A DNA stretch of 64,000 nucleotides from an uncultured Acidobacteriota bacterium (GTDB lineage Bacteria > Acidobacteriota > Thermoanaerobaculia > Gp7-AA8). Shown here one piece after another: positions 37,017 to 46,616 of the stretch. The position numbers and the translations under genes are program-made. Each line of letters starts with the position of its first letter. Position 1 is the first letter of the stretch. Under the pieces are notes generated by a model. That model was not told the DNA's origin. It did not search any database and saw only the letters and a list, made by a program, of their open reading frames with translations. The DNA is taken from NCBI GenBank assembly GCA_963822445.1, contig CAWGHO010000003.1:1820349-1884348 (forward strand). Reading direction: 5' to 3'.

Positions 37017-37961
37017 TTACTGCTGCTTCGGCGCGGCGCCTTCCGGCTTCGCCTCGGCGGGCGGCGCGGGCGGCGGCGCGAAATAGGTCTCGTTGAAGGT
37101 CGGCTTGGCCGTGGCCTTCATCGCGTCCAGCTTCGCCTGTAGCGCTTCCTGGCGGGCGTTGCGCTCGAGCACCGGCCTGACCTGCTCGAACGGCGTCATG
37201 CCGTGCGAATCGACTTTGATCAGGTGGTAGCCGTACTGCGTGCGGACGACGGTGAGGTCGCCGACCTTCGCCTCGAACGCGGCCTTCTCGAACTCGGGGA
37301 CCATCTGGCCGCGGCCGAACTCACCCAGCTGGCCGCCGTTGGCGCCTGAGCCGAGATCGTCGGATTCCTTCTTGGCCAGCTCGTCGAACGACGCGCCGCC
37401 GGCGATCTGCTTGCGCAGATCCTCGACCTTGGCCTTGGCCTGCTCTTCGGTCAGCTCGGCCTTGCCGGGCTGCGCGGCCGGGCTGCCTTTGAAGGCAATC
37501 AGGATGTGGCGCGCGCCGACCTGCTCGTACTCGTTCTTCTTCGCCTCGTACTGCTTCTTCAGCTCTTCGTCGGAGAGGGTGATGGCCTTCTCGATCTTCG
37601 AGAGCTGCGCGTTGGCAACGAGGTTCTCGCGCATCAGGGCGAGCTGGCGAACGACGTCCGGATCCTTGTCGAGTCCGGCCTTCATTCCCTCCGACGCGAG
37701 GAGCTTCATGCGCAGGAAGTCCTCGGCGAACTGCTTCTTCCCAGCGCCGGCAGCGTACTGCTGATACTCGGCCGGAAGGGTCTTGAGCGCGCTCTCGAAT
37801 TCCGACTGGCGGATGCTGACGTCACCCGCGGCGACGACGATCGGGTCGGTCTGCGCCGTCGTGACGGCGGGGGTCGGCTGCGCGGCAGGCTTGGCCGGCT
37901 GCGCGATCGCGGCGGTCGCAACGAGCGACAGCGCGATCATGGTCAGGATGGTCTTTTTCAC
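37017..37961 (-). CDS. Periplasmic PpiC-type peptidyl-prolyl isomerase (PrsA/SurA-like)
   Basis: Signal peptide; ARHILI, FDELAKKESDD.GS..NGG.LG.F.RGQMVPEFEKAAF, RTQYGYHLIKV. Confidence 0.92.
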   Translation of the reverse strand: MKKTILTMIALSLVATAAIAQPAKPAAQPTPAVTTAQTDPIVVAAGDVSIRQSEFESALKTLPAEYQQYAAGAGKKQFAEDFLRMKLLASEGMKAGLDKDPDVVRQLALMRENLVANAQLSKIEKAITLSDEELKKQYEAKKNEYEQVGARHILIAFKGSPAAQPGKAELTEEQAKAKVEDLRKQIAGGASFDELAKKESDDLGSGANGGQLGEFGRGQMVPEFEKAAFEAKVGDLTVVRTQYGYHLIKVDSHGMTPFEQVRPVLERNARQEALQAKLDAMKATAKPTFNETYFAPPPAPPAEAKPEGAAPKQQ

Positions 37962-38044
37962 GGGATCTCTCCTTAATTGGTGCGTTGATCGCGAGAGGGA
38001 ACGGGTTCGGGAAGGGGGAGATTCCTCGTGAATCGCCCCTGGCG

Positions 38045-38076
38045 GGCACCTTCTCCCCTTTCGAGGAGAAGGTGCC
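38045..38076. terminator. Stem-loop downstream of metK
   Basis: GGCACCTTCTCC-N8-GGAGAAGGTGCC; no U tract. Confidence 0.5.
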
Positions 38077-38102
38077 GCGGGCGTTCGAGGATGTCGTGTT
38101 GC

Positions 38103-39269
38103 TTAAACCGCCGCGACCGCTTCGACGCCGGCCGCCTGGCGGATAGCCTCGGCCTTATCGGTCTTCTCCCAGGAGAACTCCGGCTCGTTGCGGCCGAAGT
38201 GGCCATACGCGGCAGTCTTCTTGAAGATCGGACGGCGCAGGTTGAGGGACTCGATGATGCCGCGCGGCGTCATCTGGAAGTGCTCGCGCACCAGCTCGAC
38301 GATCCGCATCTGATCGACCTTGCCGGTACCGAACGTGTCGACGTACACCGACACCGGATCGGCGACGCCGATCGCATACGCGAGCTGGACCTCGACTTCA
38401 TCGGCGATGCCGGAAGCCACGAGGTTCTTGGCGATGTAGCGGGCCATGTAGCACGCCGAGCGATCGACCTTTGTGGGGTCCTTGCCCGAGAACGCGCCGC
38501 CGCCGTGACGGCCACGGCCGCCGTAGGTGTCGACGATGATCTTCCGGCCGGTCAGGCCGGTGTCGCCCTGCGGTCCGCCGATGACGAACTTGCCGGTCGG
38601 ATTGATGTGGTACTTCGTGTTGCTGTCGAGCAGCTCCGCGGGAACGATCGGCTTGATGACCTTCTCGATGATGGCGTCGGAAAGATCGCGATGGCTGACG
38701 TTCGGCGAGTGCTGGGTGGAGATGACCACCGCTTCGCAACGCACGGGACGCTTGCCGTCGTACTCGATGGTGACCTGCGACTTGCCGTCGGGACGGAGGA
38801 AGTCGAGCTCGTTCGACTTGCGCACGTCGGTGAGCCGCTTGGTGAGCTTGTGCGCGAGCATGATCGGCAGCGGCATCAGCTCCGGCGTCTCGCGCACGGC
38901 GTATCCGAACATCAGGCCCTGATCGCCTGCTCCGCCGGTGTCGACGCCCTGGGCGATGTCCGGCGACTGCGGATCGATCGAGGAGATGACCGCGCAGGTC
39001 TCGGAGTCGAAACCGTACTTCGCACGGGTGTACCCGATGTCGCGGATGGTGTTGCGGACGATGGAAGGAAAGTCGACGTAGGTCTTGGTGGTGATCTCAC
39101 CCGAGATCATGGCCAGACCGGTCGTGACCAGCGTTTCGCAGGCCACGCGTCCGACGGGATCTTCCGCGAGAACTGCATCCAGGATCGCGTCGGAAATCTG
39201 ATCCGCGATCTTGTCCGGGTGCCCCTCGGTGACGGACTCCGAGGTGAAGAGGGTCCTGAAATTGGACAT
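38103..39269 (-). CDS. metK: S-adenosylmethionine synthase
   Basis: [44 protein letters not shown]. Confidence 0.98.
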   Translation of the reverse strand: MSNFRTLFTSESVTEGHPDKIADQISDAILDAVLAEDPVGRVACETLVTTGLAMISGEITTKTYVDFPSIVRNTIRDIGYTRAKYGFDSETCAVISSIDPQSPDIAQGVDTGGAGDQGLMFGYAVRETPELMPLPIMLAHKLTKRLTDVRKSNELDFLRPDGKSQVTIEYDGKRPVRCEAVVISTQHSPNVSHRDLSDAIIEKVIKPIVPAELLDSNTKYHINPTGKFVIGGPQGDTGLTGRKIIVDTYGGRGRHGGGAFSGKDPTKVDRSACYMARYIAKNLVASGIADEVEVQLAYAIGVADPVSVYVDTFGTGKVDQMRIVELVREHFQMTPRGIIESLNLRRPIFKKTAAYGHFGRNEPEFSWEKTDKAEAIRQAAGVEAVAAV

Positions 39270-39349
39270 GGTGTTGTGCTCCTGTGAATTGAGGACTGCT
39301 TGAAGACGGGGAATCCTAGCATAAGAGCAGTACGGCGCTGCGCGCCTCG

Positions 39350-39455
39350 CGGTAGGCAGTAGGCGGTAGGCAGGGGGCCACCGCCCGTCCCGCTGAATGA
39401 CACCTCGTGGCCGGGTGGCGGTCCCCCGCCTACTGCCTACTGCCTACCGCCTACT
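39350..39455. repeat. Second hairpin of inverted heptamer tandem repeats
   Basis: CGGTAGG CAGTAGG CGGTAGG CAGGGGGCCACCGCCC ... GGGTGGCGGTCCCCC GCCTACT GCCTACT GCCTACC GCCTACT. Confidence 0.85.
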
Positions 39456-39497
39456 AAGCCCGCCCGACGGGCGGGCGCCTTGCACAGTCCGCCGCCG

Positions 39498-41192
39498 ATG
39501 CTCAAGACCCGGAACATCGGCGCGTATCGCGATCTGCTTCTCCTGTTCACCCGTTACGGCCGGAAGGACTTTCGCCTCAACCTGACCACGGAAGACTTCC
39601 TCGTCCCGGAGGCGGAGGCGGGGGAAATCGAGCCGGATGTGGCGCGGCGGGCCAAGGCGTTCGCGGAGAAGCTCAAGGCGATGGGGCCGACGTATGTGAA
39701 GTTCGGCCAGCTCCTCTCCACCCGTCCCGACATCGTGCCGCAGGAGTACATCCTCGCTCTCGAGTCGCTGCAGGATGATCTCGAGCCGTTCTCGTTCGCC
39801 GAGGTCGAGAAGATCATCGAAGAAGAGCTGGGTGTGCGGATCTCCAAGGCCTTCGAAGTCTTCGAATCCACTCCCCTCGCCGCGGCCTCATTGGGCCAGG
39901 TGCATCGCGCCATCCTGCGCGACGGCCGCGAGGTCGTGGTCAAAGTGCAGCGGCCGAATGTCCGCGAGGAAGTGCGCAAGGATCTCGAGGTCTTCACCGA
40001 CATCGCCGCGGAGCTCGAGAAGCACACCGACATCGGCCGCAAGATGAACCTCGTCGGCGCGATCGAGCAGGCCAAAGTGGTGATGCTCAGCGAGCTCAAT
40101 TACCTGCAGGAAGCTCGCAACACGGAGGTCCTCCGCGAAAACCTGGCCGTGTTCCCGGAGATCTACATCCCCACCGTCATCAAGGACCTGAGCTCATCGC
40201 GCGTGCTCACCACCGAGCTGGTGAAAGGGCGGAAGGTCTCGAAGATGACCCCGCTCGCGCTGATCGAAGGGAACTACGCCGCGCTGGCGAGCGTCCTCAC
40301 CCGCGCGTATCTCAAGCAGATCTGTGTCGACGGCTTCTGGCACAGCGATCCCCATCCCGGCAACGTCTTCATCCGCGAGATCGAAGGCACGCCGGAGATC
40401 GTCCTCCTCGACTTCGGCATGTGCAGCCGGATCAGCCACGAGTTCCAGGACGAGGTCATCAAGCTGCTTCTGGCGATCTCCTCCAATCGCGGCGCGGAAG
40501 TGGCCGATGCCTGCGTGCGCATGTCGGAGATTCAGGAGCGATTCGATCCGATGAAGTTCACGCGCGAGATCTCGATGATCGTCGCGTCGGTGCAGGACGT
40601 CAGCGTCAACGAGATCAACACCGGGCAGTTGCTGTTCAACGTCGTCGCCATCGCCAACAACAACGAGCTGAAGGCGCCGCCCGAGCTGACCATGCTCGCC
40701 AAGACCCTGCTGCATCTCGACGCGATCACCAAGAAGCTCGATCCCGCGTACGACCCGCAGCAGGTGATCCGCGACTACGCCGAGCAGCTGATCACGCAGA
40801 AGCTCGCCCAGAAATTCAATCCGCGGAACTTCTATCCGGCGCTGCTCGACCTCAATCAGCTCGTGCTCGACTTCCCCCATCGCGCCCGGGAGATCGTGGA
40901 CATGACCGCCGCGGGCAAGCTCTCTCTCGGCATCAAGCTGACGCAGGCCGAGGAGTTCCTGGGGGGGATTCACAAGATCGCCAATCGGATCACAGTCGGG
41001 GTGATCATCGCCGCGCTGCTGATCTCTTCTTCGCTGATGGCTCGCGTGCCGACGCGATTCAGCATCGCCGGCTATCCGGGAATCGCCGTGCTCGGCTATC
41101 TCCTCGCCAGCGTCGCCGCGTTTTATCTCGTGATCTCCACGTTCCTGCGCGATCGCGAGGATCGGGAAAAGGCGAAGATGAAGGGGAAGTAA
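39498..41192 (+). CDS. ABC1/AarF/UbiB family atypical kinase
   Basis: MGPTYVKFGQLLSTRPD, AAASLGQVH, VVKVQRP, HSDPHPGN, LDFGM; C-terminal TM segments. Confidence 0.93.
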   Translation: MLKTRNIGAYRDLLLLFTRYGRKDFRLNLTTEDFLVPEAEAGEIEPDVARRAKAFAEKLKAMGPTYVKFGQLLSTRPDIVPQEYILALESLQDDLEPFSFAEVEKIIEEELGVRISKAFEVFESTPLAAASLGQVHRAILRDGREVVVKVQRPNVREEVRKDLEVFTDIAAELEKHTDIGRKMNLVGAIEQAKVVMLSELNYLQEARNTEVLRENLAVFPEIYIPTVIKDLSSSRVLTTELVKGRKVSKMTPLALIEGNYAALASVLTRAYLKQICVDGFWHSDPHPGNVFIREIEGTPEIVLLDFGMCSRISHEFQDEVIKLLLAISSNRGAEVADACVRMSEIQERFDPMKFTREISMIVASVQDVSVNEINTGQLLFNVVAIANNNELKAPPELTMLAKTLLHLDAITKKLDPAYDPQQVIRDYAEQLITQKLAQKFNPRNFYPALLDLNQLVLDFPHRAREIVDMTAAGKLSLGIKLTQAEEFLGGIHKIANRITVGVIIAALLISSSLMARVPTRFSIAGYPGIAVLGYLLASVAAFYLVISTFLRDREDREKAKMKGK

Positions 41193-42326
41193 CTACTTCT
41201 TCAGTTCCTCCGCCGCTGCCCGCGCCCCTTCCGCCAGATCTTTCGCTCCCCGCCCCTCCAGCTCGCGCGGCAGGTAGAACGCCAGCTGCACGTAGATCGT
41301 GGCCAGGATCCGCCGCGCGGTCTGTCCCTCGGCACCTTCGCGCGTGGCGCGCGTCTTCATCTCCTCCACGCGAAATTCGCGGAGGAAGTGCCGTTTCGCC
41401 GCGACCGGATTCGCTCCCTGAATCGGCGCGAAGATCGGGCGGAGATTGAGGAACGTGGAGCGGATGTAGCGCTCCTCGAACTCGTCCCACTTCTTCTCCG
41501 CTTCCAGCTCGCGCCGAACGATCGGGTCCTTTTCCAGACGCGCGACCGCGTCACGCGCGTCATCGATCGGACGCAATCCATCGAACGTGCGGACGATGGC
41601 CTGGTAGCGGCGCAGGGATTCGCGCGGTGACAGCGCCGCGGCCGCGGCAACATCCTTGTCGTAGGCCGCGTTGATGAAGGACTCGTCGCGTGCGCGGCGG
41701 TTTTCCTTCATGGCCATGACTTCCATCCAGCGAATCGCGTCGCGGGCCAGCGCCGGTGTGATCCAGGTGTGATCGCCGGGAAAACTCTCGAACCGGTGCG
41801 GCACGGTGAGCAGCGCATCAACCGCACGCATGTCGCGATTGTTGAAATCGCCCTCACCGGAAAAGCCGTAGTGCGCGAAGTTGAACTTCGCCGGCGGCAT
41901 CTCCTCGACCAGACGGCCGCCCACGCCGATCACACCCGCGAGCCCATTGCTCCGCACGCCCAGCGACCATGCCGTGATTGCGGTGCCGGAGAAACCGGTC
42001 GCGTAGACACGTTTGATGTCGACCGGGTACCGCTGCACAACCTCGGGCAGCAGCGCGCGGAGAGCGCGTTCGTTGGGCTCCGGCCCGGCGTCGCTGCGCG
42101 TGCCGTTCGAGCTGACGATGATCCAGCCATGCTCGTCAGCGGCCTCCTCGAAGAGTTTCGCGGCAACAGTCGCGCGGCCACGCGGATCGAGCACCAGCAG
42201 CAGCGGATGCTTCTTCGCCGGATCGTACGAGCTCGGAAGAATGAGCGTGTACGTCTGCGAGGGATCGGTGCGCGTCGGAACGTTCTCGGTGAGAACGGAT
42301 GCAGCGAGGATCAGTGCCGCGAGCAT
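41193..42326 (-). CDS. Secreted alpha/beta hydrolase (esterase-like) with helical C-terminus
   Basis: Signal peptide; LPSSYDP, DPRGRA, YATGFSG nucleophile elbow, FPGDH. Confidence 0.75.
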   Translation of the reverse strand: MLAALILAASVLTENVPTRTDPSQTYTLILPSSYDPAKKHPLLLVLDPRGRATVAAKLFEEAADEHGWIIVSSNGTRSDAGPEPNERALRALLPEVVQRYPVDIKRVYATGFSGTAITAWSLGVRSNGLAGVIGVGGRLVEEMPPAKFNFAHYGFSGEGDFNNRDMRAVDALLTVPHRFESFPGDHTWITPALARDAIRWMEVMAMKENRRARDESFINAAYDKDVAAAAALSPRESLRRYQAIVRTFDGLRPIDDARDAVARLEKDPIVRRELEAEKKWDEFEERYIRSTFLNLRPIFAPIQGANPVAAKRHFLREFRVEEMKTRATREGAEGQTARRILATIYVQLAFYLPRELEGRGAKDLAEGARAAAEELKK

Positions 42327-42342
42327 TCTGAGAGGTTACGAC

Positions 42343-42424
42343 GGAGTTTCGGGGTTTCGGGGTTACGAGGTTGCGAGGTCTTTCAGAACAACCCCGAAAC
42401 CTCGTAACCCCGCGACCTCGTAAC
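42343..42424. repeat. Hairpin of inverted octamer tandem repeats
   Basis: GAGTTTCG GGGTTTCG GGGTTACG AGGTTGCG AGGTC ... AACCCCGA AACCTCGT AACCCCGC GACCTCGT AAC. Confidence 0.8.
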
Positions 42425-43014
42425 TACGGAAAGGTCTTCAGATCGAGATCGTTGATCCCGCGCGAGTTGCTCGCTTCCCGCGCCACCGACTCGAAAATGT
42501 GGACCTCGGTCCCCACTTCCACCTCTCTCCAGAGCAGGGTCAGCATGTCCTTCGGCAAGCGGATGCAGCCGTGCGACACGCGGCGGCCGATCGACTTCGG
42601 GTCGTTCGTGCCATGGATCATCACCCGGTCGCCGAGGTCGAGCGCGTACTTGCCCATCGTTCCCTTTTCCTTGCGGAGCGGCGACTCGGGCGGCGGAATC
42701 GGCTTCCCTTCCTCGACGAATGCCCAATCGGGTTTCACCCAGATCGGATCCTTGACCTTGCCGACCACGCTGTGACGGCCGCGCGGGGTGCGGAACCACC
42801 ACACCTTCCGTCCGCTGCGCAGGATCTTGTCGGAGCCGGTGGCGGCTTTCGATTTCCTGACCAGCACGCCGTCGCGGAAGAAGTAGGCCTGGTTGGTGGA
42901 GACGTCGATGGTGATGACCGGTCCCGTTCGCGGAGCGTCCGATGGGAGGCCTTCGATCTCCTGAGCGGCAACGCTGAGAGTTGCGGTGAGGAGCAGAGCA
43001 GCCAGAAGCGTCAT
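42424..43014 (-). CDS. L,D-transpeptidase (YkuD family)
   Basis: Signal peptide; TPRG, PIW.KPDW, MIHGT...GRRVSHGCIRL. Confidence 0.92.
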   Translation of the reverse strand: MTLLAALLLTATLSVAAQEIEGLPSDAPRTGPVITIDVSTNQAYFFRDGVLVRKSKAATGSDKILRSGRKVWWFRTPRGRHSVVGKVKDPIWVKPDWAFVEEGKPIPPPESPLRKEKGTMGKYALDLGDRVMIHGTNDPKSIGRRVSHGCIRLPKDMLTLLWREVEVGTEVHIFESVAREASNSRGINDLDLKTFP

Positions 43015-43034
43015 TCGCACTGCAAATAACCAAG

Positions 43035-43050
43035 TGCGACGCCGGTGCCA
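43035..43050 (-). promoter_or_regulatory. Putative sigma54 promoter for the L,D-transpeptidase
   Basis: Minus strand TGGCACCGGCGTCGCA (TGGCAC-N5-TCGC). Confidence 0.5.
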
Positions 43051-43100
43051 GTTTCTTATTTGAAATGGACGAAAACGCGGGCCTGACCGTACTTGACGGC

Positions 43101-43442
43101 GTGAAACGGCTCCCCCTCCTCCTCGTGCTCCTGTTCGCTCTCGTTTCGTGTGATGGCAATTCACCGACCGCTCCGTTTGCCGGAGGATCGGCCACTCTCT
43201 CCGGTGCCGTGACCGACCGCTACGGCCAGGTCTGGGGCGGCGTGACCGTCGGCGTGGTTCAGCCGGGTGGCGTCGTCGTGGCCAGCGGGCTGACCGGCAA
43301 TGACGGCAGGTACTCGATCAGGGACATCCGCCCCGGCGAATACCGCATCTGGCTTCAGCTCGGACGGACAGGGCCGGGCGAATTCGTCGGCGACATCGAG
43401 TTGCGCGAAGGACGCAACACCTTCGACATCGTGTCTCGATGA
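43101..43442 (+). CDS. Carboxypeptidase-regulatory-like domain lipoprotein
   Basis: Lipobox LVSC; LSGAVTD..G, T..DGRYSI..I.PGEYRI. Confidence 0.75.
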   Translation: MKRLPLLLVLLFALVSCDGNSPTAPFAGGSATLSGAVTDRYGQVWGGVTVGVVQPGGVVVASGLTGNDGRYSIRDIRPGEYRIWLQLGRTGPGEFVGDIELREGRNTFDIVSR

Positions 43443-43449
43443 ACCCGGG

Positions 43450-43632
43450 TCAGCCTCCTCGAGCGCGATACGCCAGGTAAGCGAAGATCGCGATGATCAC
43501 GAAGAGCGCGATGCGGCCGACGCCCATCATGCGCGTATGAGCGACGGGGCGCGTCCCTTTGGGCTTGATGCCTGTGACTGCTGCGATTGCCACGACGACC
43601 ACTGCCAGGCCAAGCCACACGAGCCAGTTCAT
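43450..43632 (-). CDS. Small two-TM membrane protein (60 aa)
   Basis: Two hydrophobic helices flanking a basic loop GIKPKGTRPVAHTRMM. Confidence 0.7.
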   Translation of the reverse strand: MNWLVWLGLAVVVVAIAAVTGIKPKGTRPVAHTRMMGVGRIALFVIIAIFAYLAYRARGG

Positions 43633-43666
43633 GACTGGACCAGGCTACAAGACGCGAGCCATCGGC

Positions 43667-44047
43667 TCAGGCTGAAAGATCCGGCGTGAGCAGCATCTGC
43701 AGTTCACGCTGCGCCAGCGAGTGGAGGTCCGCCAGAATCACCGGATCGGAGTCGCCGAGGAAAACGTTGATCTCGACGCGCATGATGAGCCGGATCAACT
43801 CGATCGCGTCGAAGGGCGACGGCACCGTCAGAGTTCCTCGACGACCCCCGAAGGTACAAACGAACTGACGCTCGTCATGCCGCTGCCAGCCGCGTCGCGC
43901 AGCCAATGCCGCCAGAAGCGCCTCCGCGCGATCGGCTGACTCTCGCGGTTCCGTGGCCTGCATCAGGCTGTACGTCTCTTCGGCGGCCCTGCGCGCACTC
44001 ATCGTCCGCATGGCGCGATCGGCGCGGTGGGCCAGGTCATCGAACAT
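43667..44047 (-). CDS. Hypothetical protein
   Basis: ATG 44047 preceded by a -10-like hexamer; protein-like composition. Confidence 0.5.
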   Translation of the reverse strand: MFDDLAHRADRAMRTMSARRAAEETYSLMQATEPRESADRAEALLAALAARRGWQRHDERQFVCTFGGRRGTLTVPSPFDAIELIRLIMRVEINVFLGDSDPVILADLHSLAQRELQMLLTPDLSA

Positions 44048-44095
44048 GGATTGAGGGTATCCGAGAGGCGGGTCGATGGAAACTAAGATCGTTCC

Positions 44096-44437
44096 GTGAA
44101 GGACACCTTCAGCTACACCGCGCGATGGGACACGGCCGGCCTCGATTGCAGTTACTGCCTGCACTTCCGATCGCCGCGCGCGTGGCCGGATGTTCTTCAC
44201 GAATCCGCGTGCAACCTCCACGGCCGTTCACTGGTGATCGAGCTCGGCCCGGACAACTACAAATGGGGCGAGTGGTTCTGCCGCGAGTTCGCCGACAACG
44301 GCCGCGCGTACAAAGCCAACGTCCGGCATCTCGACACCTTGCGCGGCGAGTTGCGCGGGGACGTGCTGTATCAACTGTACGATCCCGACGGTCAGCTCAT
44401 CGAGCATCCCCTGGCCTCGCTGCCAGCGGTTCGATGA
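44096..44437 (+). CDS. Hypothetical four-Cys protein
   Basis: DCSYCLHF...ACNLH...WFCREF; TAAGAT 6 nt before the GTG; hairpin after the stop (~44440-44467). Confidence 0.6.
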   Translation: MKDTFSYTARWDTAGLDCSYCLHFRSPRAWPDVLHESACNLHGRSLVIELGPDNYKWGEWFCREFADNGRAYKANVRHLDTLRGELRGDVLYQLYDPDGQLIEHPLASLPAVR

Positions 44438-44691
44438 TGACGGGCGAGGAACGCTCCCTCGCCCGTCGCCAACTCGGGAACTGTCAGCGGCTGACTACTT
44501 CACCCGGCCGCGCTCGAGCGGCTCGCGCTCGATGATGCCCAGCCCATGTCACGGGGGTGATGACTTCGTCGCCCCGGGGCTTGCCTTGACCGGAACTGCT
44601 TAATAAGTTCCTGCGTGCCGTCTTTCCTGATGTACCCTCATCAAAATAACTGCGTGGGTCGCGTTGGACGCTGACTGCGCCGGAGGCAAAT

Positions 44692-46616
44692 ATGCGTCGA
44701 CGCAACAGCAGCGCGGTTCAGGATCGATCAAACAACCTCTCGATCGTCAAGCGAGCATGGAGTCGCCAGCTCGCCGCCGCAATATCGGGTGCGCTCGTCC
44801 TCACGTTCGCAACGACACTCGCGGCGCAGCCGCTTAAGCGCGGTCATCATTTCGAAGGCAGCGAGGGTGCCGCCGGCCCGCGAGTTCGAGAAGTCTTCCC
44901 TGCCATCGCCGTCACTCCGGGTCAGCCGAGTTCGAAGCCAGCTCAGGAGCCGCAGCGAGAAAAAATTCACCCGCTGCTCAGTCCGCTCCTGGACAGACAG
45001 AGTACTGAAATCGTGGAAGTCATCATTGGCTTCGATGACGGCGTCTCGATCCCAGCGATGCCGAGGCAGCTCGGCAATGAGTCCCCTGACTCGGCCACAA
45101 ATGCGGCCAGCCGCGAGCGCACAAAGCAGCTCATCATTGGCGTGGTAGCCAAACGCGAAGCGAAGAGCGTCGGACGGCGCGAACGCCTGCGCCGAGAGTT
45201 CGACGTGGACGTCGTCGAGACTTTCTGGCTCACCGGCGCCTGGCTTGCGCACATGCCCGCTTCACGGATTCGCGCGCTCGCCGCACTCCCCGAGGTGACC
45301 TCCGTAGAACCGACCGGCATCGGCCTTCCGCCCCCTGCCTATCGCGGCCGCGCCCTGATCAACAGCGACTGGTTTGCCGTCACGTACGGATGGAACATCT
45401 TTTTTCCCTTTTCCGAAGTCATCGTGGCCCTTCTCGATACCGGCGTTCGTGCCACGCATTCCATGTTCAACAATCCCGACGTAATCAGGATCTGGCGCGA
45501 TTGCGTCAACGGGACATCGAACAATTGCGCGACGGGTACGAACCTCAACCCAAATGACACCAGTGGCCACGGTACGAGGTCGGCTGGCGTGATCAGCGGC
45601 AATGGCGGACCGCTCGGCGGCGATTACCGCGGCGTGTCAACGTTCACGATTGACAGTTACAAGGTGTACCTTGGCAACAATCTCAACGAGCCCGCCGTCT
45701 TACGAGCGTTCAGCGCGGCTGTCGCCGAGGGCGCATGGGTGATCGCCGCCGAGATGCAGCATCCGAGCACCTTCACTGGTTCGATTGCGGCAGCCGCGGA
45801 AGCAGCGTTCGATGCCGGAGTGACCGTCGTCGCTGCGGACGGCAACAGCAACGTGGTCTCCGTCGTTGCTTCGCCTGCCAACGCGCACCGCGTGCTGGGC
45901 ATCGGCGCGGTTGACAGCGAAACTGGCGTCACCCAAACCTATGCCGTCTACGGCCCTACAACCGATAACCGAATCAAACCTGACGTTCAGCTACCAAGTG
46001 AATTCCTCACCACCGCAGGCAATCAGAATGACACTGACTCGATGATTTCGGCGGGACAAGCGCCGCGACGGCTTGGGCAGCTGGTACGGCAGCGCTTCTG
46101 CATCGGTGGTACTGCGATTCGCCTTCGAAGTGCATCGATCCTTTCACCGGGCTGCCGAACCCTTATCCAGGACCAAATTACGCAGCGATGATCCAATTCG
46201 GCACGTTGTCGCACCCGTTCGGCGCTCAGACTGGCGCCGGACCGATCCGCCTCATGGAATGCTATGGCTGGGACTCGTGGGGATGGGAAACGATAACAAA
46301 CGGGCAGACGATTACTGTCCCGATCAGCCTCACCGTACGATCGGACTACCCCGCCCCGGCTGATTGGCAAGTGGCCCTATGGTGGCCCGAGACGGCAACG
46401 CAAACGCACAACCGCATTGGCTTATATCTGCGCAACCCCGCCAACACGACTACTCTCGCTTCGAGTATCAACACGACCAGCGTCTTTCAGCGGGCCAAGG
46501 CCAGCGGTACATTGGCGTTTGGTACTTACAATGTCCGCATCACCGGTCTGAGCGTGACCGGTTCGCAACTGGTCTTCTACTCGAGCCGCGCCAGAAAGAG
46601 TTCAGAGTGTCTGTGA
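44692..46616 (+). CDS. Secreted S8 subtilase, split by one frameshift at ~46042
   Basis: LDTG and GHGT in the first frame; the -1 frame continues DFGGTSAAT (catalytic Ser) through to stop 46616. Confidence 0.8.

Noticed and set aside
39270-39480. SAM riboswitch upstream of metK
   Set aside because: No SAM-I/II/III or SAM-SAH core motifs recognised; the hairpin is a repeat element lying upstream of the likely -10.
22807-42424. Short repeat arrays as CRISPR
   Set aside because: Units are 7-8 bp, contiguous, without unique spacers, and no cas genes are present.
46030-46060. Programmed ribosomal frameshift in the S8 protease
   Set aside because: No slippery heptamer or clear stimulatory structure; isolated indels occur elsewhere in the window.
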